A DNA stretch of 64,000 nt from Monocercomonoides exilis PA203 (Eukaryota > Protista > Preaxostyla). The position numbers and the translations under genes were made by a program. Shown here in pieces: positions 40,318-51,420 of this stretch. The number at the start of each line of letters is the position of its first letter. Within the stretch, counting starts at the first letter, position 1. The DNA is taken from the NCBI GenBank assembly GCA_001643675.2, contig LSRY02000005.1:434001-498000 (forward strand). The letters are read 5' to 3'. The notes under the pieces are model-generated. The model made no database searches, was not told where the DNA came from, and saw nothing but the letters and a program-made list of their open reading frames with translations.

Positions 40318-41953
40318 ATGTCTAATTCAATTGAGATAAAATTGAGTCCAGGAGGTAGTGAGAATAACGCATCCTCTTCACAAGTGATAACGATGGGTAC
40401 ATATTATTCTGCGATTTTCTTCCTTTAAAGCGAAAATTTTGACTTTATAATTTATTTAGAAGGAGGAGATAATCTGATGGATGGTTGCGCCTGCATTGGA
40501 CAAAATGAGAACCTTGAAGATGTTGGCCAACTGCAGGCTGAACAATGCACGGAAAAATATGTGTGCTTGTTTCTCGATTTATTCGAATGTGAATTTTTGT
40601 TTTTGATGTTGGCTCGTGGGCATTTTTGAATTGTTTGCTTTCATTGCGATATTTTGCTATATTTTATTGCATCAACAGATGGATGGTACACAGTCGTTGA
40701 TTGCAAATGAGGAAATTTCAAGCGCGATAGAGCTGAAAGAACTTACCGAACAAACAAATGATGGAAGAGGTATTCAAAATGGTGCAGCTCCTACAAAAAG
40801 GATTGCATCATTGGACATGTTGAAATCGTTTGCAGCTCTTGGTGTTGTGCTTACTCATTCTGGACTCAGACAAAGATATCAGTACAAGCTTTTCAGCACA
40901 AACAAAAAACTTTCGTACTGGATTTTAGCAAATTTATATTGTGCTTTTGGATACCCCGGAACTCACTTGTTCATGATGGTGACAGGGATCATCATGCTGT
41001 CACCGAAAAGGCTGAATGACAGCGCAACAAGCACTATGAAATATATCATTCAAAGAATGGTGCAATACACGTTGTGGATGATCCCGTACAACTTCAAGCT
41101 GTTCAAAGCTGCAATGAAGTTGGCAACACCCTTCAAGCGGATTCGTCAAATAGTGAACATCTTTTTTGTGAATTCTGGGACGCTTTGGTATTTGCAAATT
41201 GCTCTAAGAATTCTAATGATTGTACCGTTTGTGAGGCAGGCAGTGAAATCGACAAGTAGGAAAATTCTTGAAATTACTATTTTGTCAATATTTGTGTCGC
41301 ATCATCTGCTGCACACTTTTCTGGTTGGGATGCAAATAGGGGTGTGGGCAGATGCGTTTGTGCCGATGTTTTTGTCGTTTCTGCTTGGTTATTACTGCTG
41401 GACGGTGATGGAGTATCAGCGCAATCCATCAGCAGAACACCCAAACTGGGTGGAAGAGCCGGGATACCTCCCAATTCTGGGGAGAGTGAACTGGCAGAGC
41501 AAAGTGACAGCGTTGGTGTGCTTTGGAGTGTTTATATTTTCTGCGCTATGCAACTGGGGGCTGGTTGTGCTGACTGGGCATTATGCACAGAACGCTGAGT
41601 TTGGGAAATTTTTCGAATATTATGAAGTATTCGAAACTTTGGCATTTGTGGGATTTTCTTGTGGAATTTTTGCTTTGACGTGCAAATGGAAGCCCACAAC
41701 CAGATTTGAGAAGTGTGTGATGTGGTACTTCAGTTCGACAGGATCGTGCACGTTGGGAATTTATTTGATGAACGAGTTTGCGATCTTCAGGTTTGTGGCA
41801 GATTATCTGTTTCCGAAAGTGCTGAAGAAGTCTTATTACGATATGAACCCGTTGTGGTTCACTCCTCTGCTTTGCGTGAGCGTGTATTTGACAACATGGA
41901 TTGTGACTGCGCTTTGGCAGAAAATACCGCTGCTGAAAAGGCTGGTGATGTAA
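40318..41953 (+). CDS. Acyltransferase-3 family (OafA/WecH-like) multi-pass O-acyltransferase with a spliced N-terminal extension
   Basis: RIASLDMLKSFAALGVVLTH, LFMMVTG, LWYL and TLGIYL motifs with about 10 TM segments. Exons 40318-40396, 40460-40560 and 40679-41953 join in frame with GT-AG introns. Confidence 0.88.
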
Positions 41954-42519
41954 GATGCTGCTTTTGAGAAAACAGCATTTCACAGAAAATCTTTTCATAT
42001 GAATGCACATTGTGTGCATATATTCGATCTATTCTATTATCGATTGATGCTTCATTTTGCATTTTTATTTTTTATTTTTATTTTTATTTTATTTTTTTTT
42101 TTTTGATTGAAAGCAAAATGATAGATTTTTCGTTATTTTTTATTGCTCCTGTTTTCTTAATGTTTGTCTTCATTCTGTTTTATTTTGATTTCGAGGTTTT
42201 AAGTTAAGAGGAGCAATGTTACAAAAGTTAATTCTTCAAATCAATTTATGTAACGTTTTATAATTAATATATGGCTGATCCTTTTTGAAATCAAACTTTC
42301 GTTCGAGTTTTGATCAATATTTTGATCTCAATGGGATTTTTGCCAAAATTTGTTTTTGCAACAGCAATAACATTAACAATAAGTGTTCACTATTTCACCT
42401 CATTTGGGACAAAATTTTTTGTTTTATGAATTTTGTTCCACACAGTTCTTTCAAAGATTTTTTTCGATTTTTTATGTTTTTATATATAATATTGAAAGAT
42501 AATGTTAGAATTAAGCCTG

Positions 42520-42790
42520 GGTGACGTACTGACTTTTGACGTAAACCTTTCGATTCCTGACTGACGTGACAAATATTTTAACGTCAGTAAAAAATTTTTG
42601 TGAAATTTAATTTTGATTTTGAAATAAAAAACATTAAAAATAAAGAATCCATTTTTTTATTAACTTGTTCAATTTTTTTTTTAAATTTCATTATTTTCTC
42701 AAATCATTAATACCATAACATGATTTCACTGACGAAATGGTCAAAATCGGAATTTTGAAACTTCTTTGACGTCAGTGACGTCACGTCAGG
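42520..42790. promoter_or_regulatory. Subterminal TGACGT/ACGTCA motif cluster (putative transposase-binding sites)
   Basis: Repeated TGACG(T)/ACGTCA in AT-rich DNA at 42521-42590 and 42730-42790, mirrored at 50694-50727. Confidence 0.7.
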
Positions 42791-42799
42791 TTACTCAAA

Positions 42800-45789
42800 A
42801 TGTTAGAGTTGGAAGAAGACATGGAAAATGAAAACTTACCAAAGGAATTACAAGAATGTTTAAGAAACGTTTTAATTGTTTGCTCAAATCTCACAACAAT
42901 TCTCACAATATGGTGAACATTTTATTTGTTAGAAAGATATTTACGAAAAGACAAAAAAGAAAATGCATGACACAGGATGTCAATTTGTGAAATTACAAAA
43001 ACAGTGCGAAACGAAATACGGACCAGGTTTATGAACTTTTTTTCGATTTTTTTATTTTTAAATTTCTTATTGTTTTTCTTTGTGAAAAGTGTATGATCAT
43101 CCTCGAATAAAAAATGAATTTCTTTCTCGAATTTCATTTGAAGTTATCGGAGAATCATTATGGATATCTTACACTCTCGTTGATGTAAATGGAACACCAA
43201 AAAAAGATTGCCATAAGTATTATTTGTGCCCTATTTCGAAAGAAGGATTTCCCTGCGGTGTATCAGGTCGAAGAAGTTATTCTGTGGTTGTTAATCATAA
43301 ATGTGAACTATTGAAACACAAAAATATTGCTCTATTCAAAAAAGCATATGATCCCATATCAATTTGCAAAGATCCAATGTCTCTTTCAATGTCAGATGGC
43401 CCAACAAGTGTTTCAGAATTACAAAAGCAATTCATTTCCTTGATTTGCCGATGCAATTCTTCGTTTTTGGCATCATCATCAAAAGAAATGAATTCGTTTA
43501 TTTTTTCGTTGATCAAAGCTGGACAAAGTAACCCTTCGCTATCATCAACATTAATTTTCCCATATTTAACACGCAAAAAAATCGCCCACATGGTTCTCAA
43601 AGAAAAATCCAGAGTGGTGAAGGAAAAGGAGTCAACAATTAGAAACAATGGAGTGAGCATTATGTTGGATGGAGCATCAGTGGCGAATCGAAAGATCATT
43701 GTTGTTACAGTATCAAAATTGTCATTTGACAGCAAACCATTATTTTGGGGATTATATCCACCATGCGGAACTACGAAAGAGTTCAATATCCTTGTTAACA
43801 ATCAAATATATGAATTCAGTCAATATAACACAATTGTGAGAAGTTTTTGTACAGATGGGTTTTCTTCTCAAATCAGAGCAATAGAGAATTTCACAAGTCA
43901 GGAAAGCAATGCAGATTCAGTTGAAGAAAAGCATCAGAGATTTATTCCTTTTCATATTTACTGCTGTAATCACTTGACAAATTTGGTTATCACAAATTTA
44001 TTCACAAAAGTTCCATTTCTTTGTGATCTCAAATTAAAAATGTTAAATTTTTCTCAAAAAGCCCATACTCTGCCATTGAAAAACCTTCTGAAGAAGCGTG
44101 CACCGACTTTTGTCTCAACAAGATGGAATTCATTGTTCGAAATAGCTTCGTTCATCAGGAAAAAGAATCAAATCATTCAAAAGGAAAATTTATTAGACAC
44201 TGATAGCCTTGTAGATATCATCAAAGCAGAAGTGTTCTTATTCCCTTTTCATTTGCTTCATATAAATTTCGAAAATGATAGTATCAAGTTAAGTCAAGTT
44301 TTCCCAATTTTATTAAGATCTTTTGAGTTTTTTTTCTATATTTTGAAGCAGGTTCAGTTCAAAGAAGAAAAATGGAGAAACTCTATTGCGAACTCGCTTA
44401 TATTGATGTATAATTATTTTTTTGTGGGAACGCGCGGTGAATATATAGCGCTTTCGTATGCTCTGATCCCAATTGGCATTCAGTTGGTTCGAAAACAATG
44501 CTTTCCTCTCAGAAACTTTTCAACACCATCTTTCTTTGTGAAAGAAGCTGAAACCTCTAGTCAATCCTCCTCAACAAAATCTTCAGACTTCACACACATT
44601 GCTTCATCATTATTTCATCCTTTGCCTTATCCTGTTGACTTTAATGCAAATGAGTTTTTTTTATTTTTTGTTTAAATTTCTTTAACTTTTGTTTTTGATA
44701 TTGATTGACCATTTTTTGAAACATAGGATGGATTATGAACCCCAGTCCCAAGCTGCATTTCAAGATAAATCAAAAAGTCAATCAGGTTTGAAACTATTCA
44801 TATTAATTTATTTGCTGTATTTAATGCTTATGCACATTTATATGTCTCTTGAAGAAAAAAATGAATTGAATGGCATTCTTTTGTTGATACAGCAACTAGA
44901 AGAAACTGATCAAGAAACGTATGGGAAGAGAAACGAAAAGAAACTTGTCGTTGGAGAAGAGGATGATGAAAGCGATGAATTTGGATTATTAGAAGCGGAA
45001 GAAAATTCAGTTGACGATATGTACGATTTTTTATTTGAACAAAAAAACCCAAGTCAAACTCAAATCGGGAAAGATAATGAAATATTCACAACGTCTGTCA
45101 TTTCTTCAACTTCAAGCAATTCCAACTCTTCAACACATTCATTTGAAAATCTTAATTGTTATTCTTCGGCTAGTGTTTGTTCACAGGAAACAATGAATAA
45201 AACTCAAGAGGAACAGACGGATGTTGATAGAGTCCTTGAAGATAATCAGATGGATGAAACGATATGTTTGGAAGATGACATTCACTGTCACTATCATTGT
45301 TCTTTTGATGGACATCAGTCAGAATTAGATGAAGAAATAGATTTTGATATTGAAGAATTATTTTCGACTGGCAAATTACCTATTATTACAGAATTCAATG
45401 AAGAAAAAGAAACACAAAGCATGAAACAGATAGAGAACACGTTGTTTGTTGATTGGTTTCCTAGGCTTGACGCATATTTTTCGAAATATGCAAAAAAAGT
45501 TTTAGGAGACATGGAAAAGGAATACTCAGAAGGTTGCAAGCTGCTGTTTGAAAGGCAGATGAGATCAAAGCCGGATGATTTATATGAAAATAACCCAGAA
45601 ATTTATTACCAAGTGCTGGCAGCATATGGAAATATTCAAACCGTTTATTCTGGATTGTGCCTTTCGTTAATTGTTTCCCTCTGTAGTGAAGCTAGCTGTG
45701 AACGAGTTATTTCCAGAATAAAAAACATCATCGGTGATCAAAGATATTCTTTTAACATGCAAACACTTGAAGCAATCCTTCACATTTGA
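42800..45789 (+). CDS. hAT transposase, spliced
   Basis: Motifs VSIMLDG (D1), FCTDG (D2), CCNHLTNL (CxxH), TRWNS and SEASCERVISRIKNIIGDQRYSFNMQTLEAIL (E, C-terminal dimerisation region). The two ORFs join via an intron at ~44654-44726; another probable intron starts at ~44786. The 5' exons (42800-43025) are tentative. Confidence 0.9.
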
Positions 45790-46099
45790 ATTATTTTGGT
45801 TTTTGTATCATTTTTTCTCCATTTCAATTCTGTTTTCACTTCGAACAAAGCCTTTCTAGAAATCACTCTTGTTCATTGTTCAAAATAAATATTTCAATTG
45901 AAACATTTCAATTAATTTTAATTTTGAATCATCCACAGGAAAAAAAAGAATGACGAACAAAACTTAAATTTGAAAATGGAATGAAAAGAAAAATGTTAGC
46001 TTTTTCCGTTGTTGGTTGACGATGAAATTTAAAGTTGGAAACGACTCTGAACAAGTGAAAAAATGAGCAATTGTGATTCTTCCTAAGAAAAAAAATAAA

Positions 46100-49000
46100 G
46101 AAAAAAAGAGAAAAAGAATGCGTGATTAAAATTCTTTCGTATTTTGTTCAGTCCTTGGAATCCATAAGTTTGATTTCTTCTTTGCAGTGCATTGTTATGG
46201 ATGTTGTGCGATTTTATTTTGAAAACTGTTTCATTTCGAAAGTCTGTCCACATGATGATCATAACTTTTCATTTACTGAGTGCGTTCAAGTAATGAATTC
46301 TCATTGAAAAAAGAAAGGAGGGAAAAAGGAGGACTCCGAGCGGAGTTAAAATAAATTGAAATGAAAAGAGATTTTTGTAGTTGAATTGTTTGAAGTGAAG
46401 AAGAAAGAGAAAAATAAAAAAGAAAAGTATGATGAAAAATTCAATAAAGTTATCTGTTGTTTCATATAGATAATTGACTTGCCAAAAGTCAAAAAAAAAC
46501 GTTCCTAATTGATTTCAACATATATTTCTCTTGCTCTGTTTTTTCTCTCACGATAATATTTTTATTTATTACTAGAACTGAAATCTCAGAATATTTTGAC
46601 AAACTAGTGAGGAAACTTGAGGAACGCCAGATATTTGAAAAGTCCATTAAAGACACTGTTCTTAACGATATGTTAACAAACAATCATTTGTATTTTCATG
46701 AAAGTGATTTGCAGAAATATGATTGATGAAAGACTTTGAGTTGATAAAGAAGGAGATTGATAAAAATCTTTCCATTTATCTTTTATTTATAAACAATTTT
46801 TCATTTCAACAAAACGAAGGAAAATAAATATCACTTTTTTTTTAAAAAGAGACACAAACATAAATTGAATTTTGACCTGATTATCAAAAGAAAAAAAAAG
46901 AATGTGAGAAAACATAGCTTTTGATAATCAATATTTAACATTTCTCATTTTTAAAAGCATTCATTGAATAATTTCCGAAACAATCTGAAAGTTAATTATC
47001 AAAAAGAAATTGTCTAAATCAAAGTTTTATGAAACCTTGTGAAAGAATGATCGAATCCTTCCAACACCATTTTTTTCAATCACTTTCCTTTTCAACTCTT
47101 TTTTTTAAACTTCTATTTCATCTTTCCCCTCTTCCTTCTATTGTCTTGAAGAATTTATAAGGAATTTCAAGCTTCGAAATATCAGCCCATTTTTCAATAT
47201 TGATTGTTGAATCTCCTCCTAAATAATATCGACGGACGCACTTTCCAGCAATTCTTCAATTTTCACCGCTCTTCTGTATGTTTTTTTTTTAATGCATGAA
47301 TACAATTATCGCTGAATTCTTTGTGGTTATCCCTCGATGCTCGAAACACATTTGAAATAAAGCCAAAATGCCTAACAAATAATTCTTTCCACGAATTGCA
47401 ATGGATTAAGTGCAAAAGCAACATACCATCGGTAGAAAACCCGGTCGTTAGTGGAAAACCCGGTAGTTGGTTATTCGAAATTGTCAATTTTTTCAACGTA
47501 AAAGTCATCTCAATTAATTTAAAACATTTTCATTTTTGTTTTGAAAGGTGTTTGTGATAAAATATTTAATGATTGAAGAAAAAATTTTTAGAAATTTGGA
47601 GAGAAAATTATTTACTTTCATTTGATCAAAACCATTAAAATATGAAAAGCGTTCCAAAAAAGCAGCTACAGCGTGTAGTTCATGTCTGCCAATAATATTT
47701 CATTAAGCAATTAATAACAAATTATATTTTTCTTACTATACATCAATTTTTTTAGTGAACGAGTCCACAAACTACATGTTTTGATTGGGGCGTGCTTTTT
47801 GGTTGCAGGCTTTCCAGAAGAAATGTTACGGTTTGTTATTTTTTTGTACCATGTTTATTTTTTTATAATTTGCGATGTAATTAATTAAATTCTTTAAAAG
47901 AAAATGTTTATAGCAATATTGTTCGACGTGAGTATTTTTGAAGTTTATGAGTGTTCAATTTGTGTAACAGTGGATGATACTTTGGTTTTGAATTACCAAT
48001 ACTAACTTCTAATTGTAATTAAAATTGTGATTTGTTTAAATAAGAATTGATTGTTAATTTTGAAAAATATTATCATTTGTTCTTTCTTCAATTCTTTTTA
48101 TATACAATTATTTTTCTTGTTTTGTTATTAAATTTCTTGAATTCAAACCCAATACATTATTCCTATTGATTTTTTATCTCAAAATTCTTTTTTGTCACAT
48201 AAATATAAGATAAATGTATTTGTTTCATTTTTTTTCAGTTTTTTTTCTACGATTACTTTAATCATTCATATATTTGTTTTCATAGATATTCGAATGTATA
48301 TGAGTGAAATGAACTTTAGAAATAATTACTAAAATTATTCATACTTTTATAGTTTCATTAAATTATTCGATAAAAATGAAAAATGAGATTCTTTTTTTAA
48401 AAGTCAAAAAAATGTGAACAATTGTTATGATGTTATATGCAATTCATGATAAAATGAAAATATATTATGAAGAAACAATATTCGTTTATATTTTTAATAA
48501 TACAAGTTATCGAAGAAAAAAACTGAAAAAAATGAAACAAATACATTTATCTTATATTTATGTGACAAAAAGAATTTTGAGATAAAAAATCAATAGGAAT
48601 AATGTATTGGGTTTGAATTCAAGAAATTTAATAACAAAACAAGAAAAATAATTGTATATAAAAAGAATTGAAGAAAGAACAAATGATAATATTTTTCAAA
48701 ATTAACAATCAATTCTTATTTAAACAAATCACAATTTTAATTACAATTAGAAGTTAGTATTGGTAATTCAAAACCAAAGTATCATCCACTGTTACACAAA
48801 TTGAACACTCATAAACTTCAAAAATACTCACGTCGAACAATATTGCTATAAACATTTTCTTTTAAAGAATTTAATTAATTACATCGCAAATTATAAAAAA
48901 ATAAACATGGTACAAAAAAATAACAAACCGTAACATTTCTTCTGGAAAGCCTGCAACCAAAAAGCACGCCCCAATCAAAACATGTAGTTTGTGGACTCGT

Positions 49001-50175
49001 TCACTAAAAAAATTGATGTATAGTAAGAAAAATATAATTTGTTATTAATTGCTTAATGAAATATTATTGGCAGACATGAACTACACGCTGTAGCTGCTTT
49101 TTTGGAACGCTTTTCATATTTTAATGGTTTTGATCAAATGAAAGTAAATAATTTTCTCTCCAAATTTCTAAAAATTTTTTCTTCAATCATTAAATATTTT
49201 ATCACAAACACCTTTCAAAACAAAAATGAAAATGTTTTAAATTAATTGAGATGACTTTTACGTTGAAAAAAATTGACAATTTCGAATAACCAACTACCGG
49301 GTTTTCCACTAACGACCGGGTTTTCTACCGATGGTATTTTTCCATCTCTTCAAAAAAATTTCCTCATCAGTTTTTCGTTTCTTTCCTCTTCAATCTCTCT
49401 CTTTCCTTCTATATTTCTATTCAGCTCATCCAATTCTCTTTCCGATTCTCTCGCAAAATGCAGATCGTTCACGATGCCTTTTTCCAAGCCGTATGTTATA
49501 TTAAATCAGTTCATCGTAAAACTCCTAGCAGAATGATGTATTAGTCTTGTCAAATTGATGAGTTCATGATAATGTTGGATTATCTCTTTGAATTCATTCA
49601 AAAACAGTTCCTCTGACATTTTCTAATGAAAAAAAGAAATAAAAGTCAGTTTATAAAAAAATGGCACAAAAATATTTCAAAATTGATATTCAAAGTTGTT
49701 CAATGAAAGCAATACCATTACTCCTTCTTCGTTTGTTTTTTCACTTTCCGCTATCTTTAATAAAGCTTTAAGAAAGAAAGGCACACTTACTGATATCAAT
49801 TTCGAATTCAACCTGTTGTGAAGCAAAAGACAGCATTTGCATAGATTAATAAGCTTCTTTTCATTCTTTTCTTTCTTTTTTTGTCTTCACCAATGATCAT
49901 GTCCTCAAATTTTGCTTTCGTAATAAAAAAATCATTTTATTCATTCCATAACTTTTTCAAAATTTTGCAAAATCCCTTTGGCTTTACCAGCCAAGTTGAA
50001 TTTCTCAATGAAAATTTCTCTTCTTCTATAATTCAATTCAAATTGCAGAACAGATCGATAGAATAAATTGATTCCAATTTTTTTGAATTATTTCACAATC
50101 ATTTCATTTATTTCTAAAGTTTTCTGTTAATGATCTTCATCATCGAAATCTTCCAGTTCAAAAAGCATTTCTGCA
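46100..50175 (-). pseudogene. Decayed second gene carried inside the hAT element
   Basis: Protein-like minus-strand fragments with scattered TAA/TGA stops and frameshifts (MLFELEDFDDEDH*QKTLEINEMIVK*FKKIG..; MSEELFLNEFKEIIQHYHEL..; RWKNMLLLHLIHCNSWKELF..), plus a polypyrimidine-CAG acceptor near 50172. Confidence 0.55.
47426..49334. mobile_element. Foldback-type non-coding element with ~825-bp inverted arms and a TA target duplication
   Basis: 47426-~48250 is the near-exact reverse complement of ~48510-49334, with a ~260-bp spacer. Termini are TA|CCATCGG..CCGATGG|TA, and GAAAACCCGGT occurs twice near each end. Confidence 0.93.
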
Positions 50176-50580
50176 AAAAAAAAAAAAAAAAAATAAAAAT
50201 GGAGATTTCAATGAATTAAAATTCAAAAAGATCAACAACTTCACACAGCAAAATTATCATGTGGTGTTCAATTTCCGTGCTTTCTAGATGAAATAACAAA
50301 TTGAAGACAACTCAACTATCATTAATTTTGTTGAACAAAAAAAAGTTGAAAGATATGTTTTGAAACAACACAATCAAAAATTATCGATGATCATACCAAT
50401 GTTCATTCATTCCATTGAGCTTTTGCGCCTTTTCTTTGAATGGAACAAAAGAATGATTTGATTTGTTTCAAATTCAAATAATTGTGGGACATATTGATCA
50501 AATGGCAATTTTCAAAAACATGTCAAATGAATCCTTATATATGTATATATTTTTCTTTTGCTTTTGTAATAATTTCTTTT

Positions 50581-50588
50581 ATTTTATT

Positions 50589-50655
<67 letters not shown>

Positions 50656-50656
50656 T
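50581..50656 (+). repeat. (TTTA)n microsatellite
   Basis: Visible tandem ATTT array near the right end of the hAT element. Confidence 0.9.
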
Positions 50657-50940
50657 TTTTTTATTTTTTTTTTTTTTGTAAGGTGGAAAACTTGTGACGG
50701 ACGTGACAAACTTTTTTTTCACGTCACCCAGGCTTAGTTAGAATTATAATAATACGATTGCAGAAAAAGTTTGGAACTAATCATTGAATTTTTTCATAAA
50801 TGAAAAAATTCTCTCCCATTTTTATTGATTATCCCATTGAGAAAATTTTTTCTATCTAAACTCGAACGAAAGTGAGATTTCAAAAAGGATCAGCCATATA
50901 TGTAATTTTTAAAATCTTTAACTAAAAATATTCATTCGCT

Positions 50941-50975
<35 letters not shown>

Positions 50976-51059
50976 CACAATTCATATTTTTTTATTTTTT
51001 TATTGAAGTTGTTTTTTTTTGTAATTTCTAATTCATGAATTGTTTCAGATGATGTATTA

Positions 51060-51420
51060 CAGTTTGCGCAAAAAATACCGGACAAGATCGATTTCTCAAC
51101 AACCGCAAGAGGAATAATTCCGTTTATTTTCCTCAAAAAACGTCTCGTTTATACAAACTCATTTGACATGCAAGAGTTGTATTTTCATGTCGACTGAATA
51201 TTTTAAAAAAATAGTTTTTGAAATTTCGGAGAAACTCAATGTTCTATTTCTCCGAGTTTTTAAATATGATTTTTTTCTGAGCGCAAATGAAGCTGTCCTG
51301 AAAGTCTCGTTTGTCAATTGAGTTTGTATTGAAGAGATATATTTTGAGGAAAGTTAACAGAATTTTTCTTCTTGCAGTTATTGAGATATCGATCTTGTCC
51401 GGTATTTTTTGCGCAAACTG
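51060..51420. mobile_element. Tc1/mariner-like MITE (361 bp)
   Basis: TA|CAGTTTGCGCAAAAAATACCGGACAAGATCGAT..ATCGATCTTGTCCGGTATTTTTTGCGCAAACTG|TA. Imperfect inverted similarity extends ~110 bp. Confidence 0.92.

Larger units (their letters stand above)
42512..50736 (+). mobile_element. Full-length hAT-superfamily DNA transposon (8225 bp)
   Basis: Perfect 16-bp TIRs TAAGCCTGGGTGACGT (42512-42527) and ACGTCACCCAGGCTTA (50721-50736). Exact 8-bp TSD GTTAGAAT at 42504-42511 and 50737-50744. Encodes a hAT transposase. Confidence 0.96.
42273..50895. mobile_element. Outer non-autonomous TIR element (~390-bp MITE) split by the hAT insertion
   Basis: GGCTGATCCTTTTTGAAATC..ACTTTCGTTCGAGTTT..CTCAATGGGAT at 42273 and its reverse complement ending at 50895 (~65 bp, imperfect). 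Both ends are flanked by ATATAT. Confidence 0.85.

Noticed and set aside
49860-50170. In-frame TAA codons suggesting TAR-to-Gln recoding, as known in some oxymonads
   Set aside because: TGA stops and frameshifts occur in the same fragments, and intact genes in the window end in TAA or TAG, so this is ordinary pseudogene decay.
50942-50975. Long poly-T tract (another at 1217-1247) as a retroposon tail
   Set aside because: No TSD or element body was recognised; the tract near 1220 is simply an intron polypyrimidine tract.
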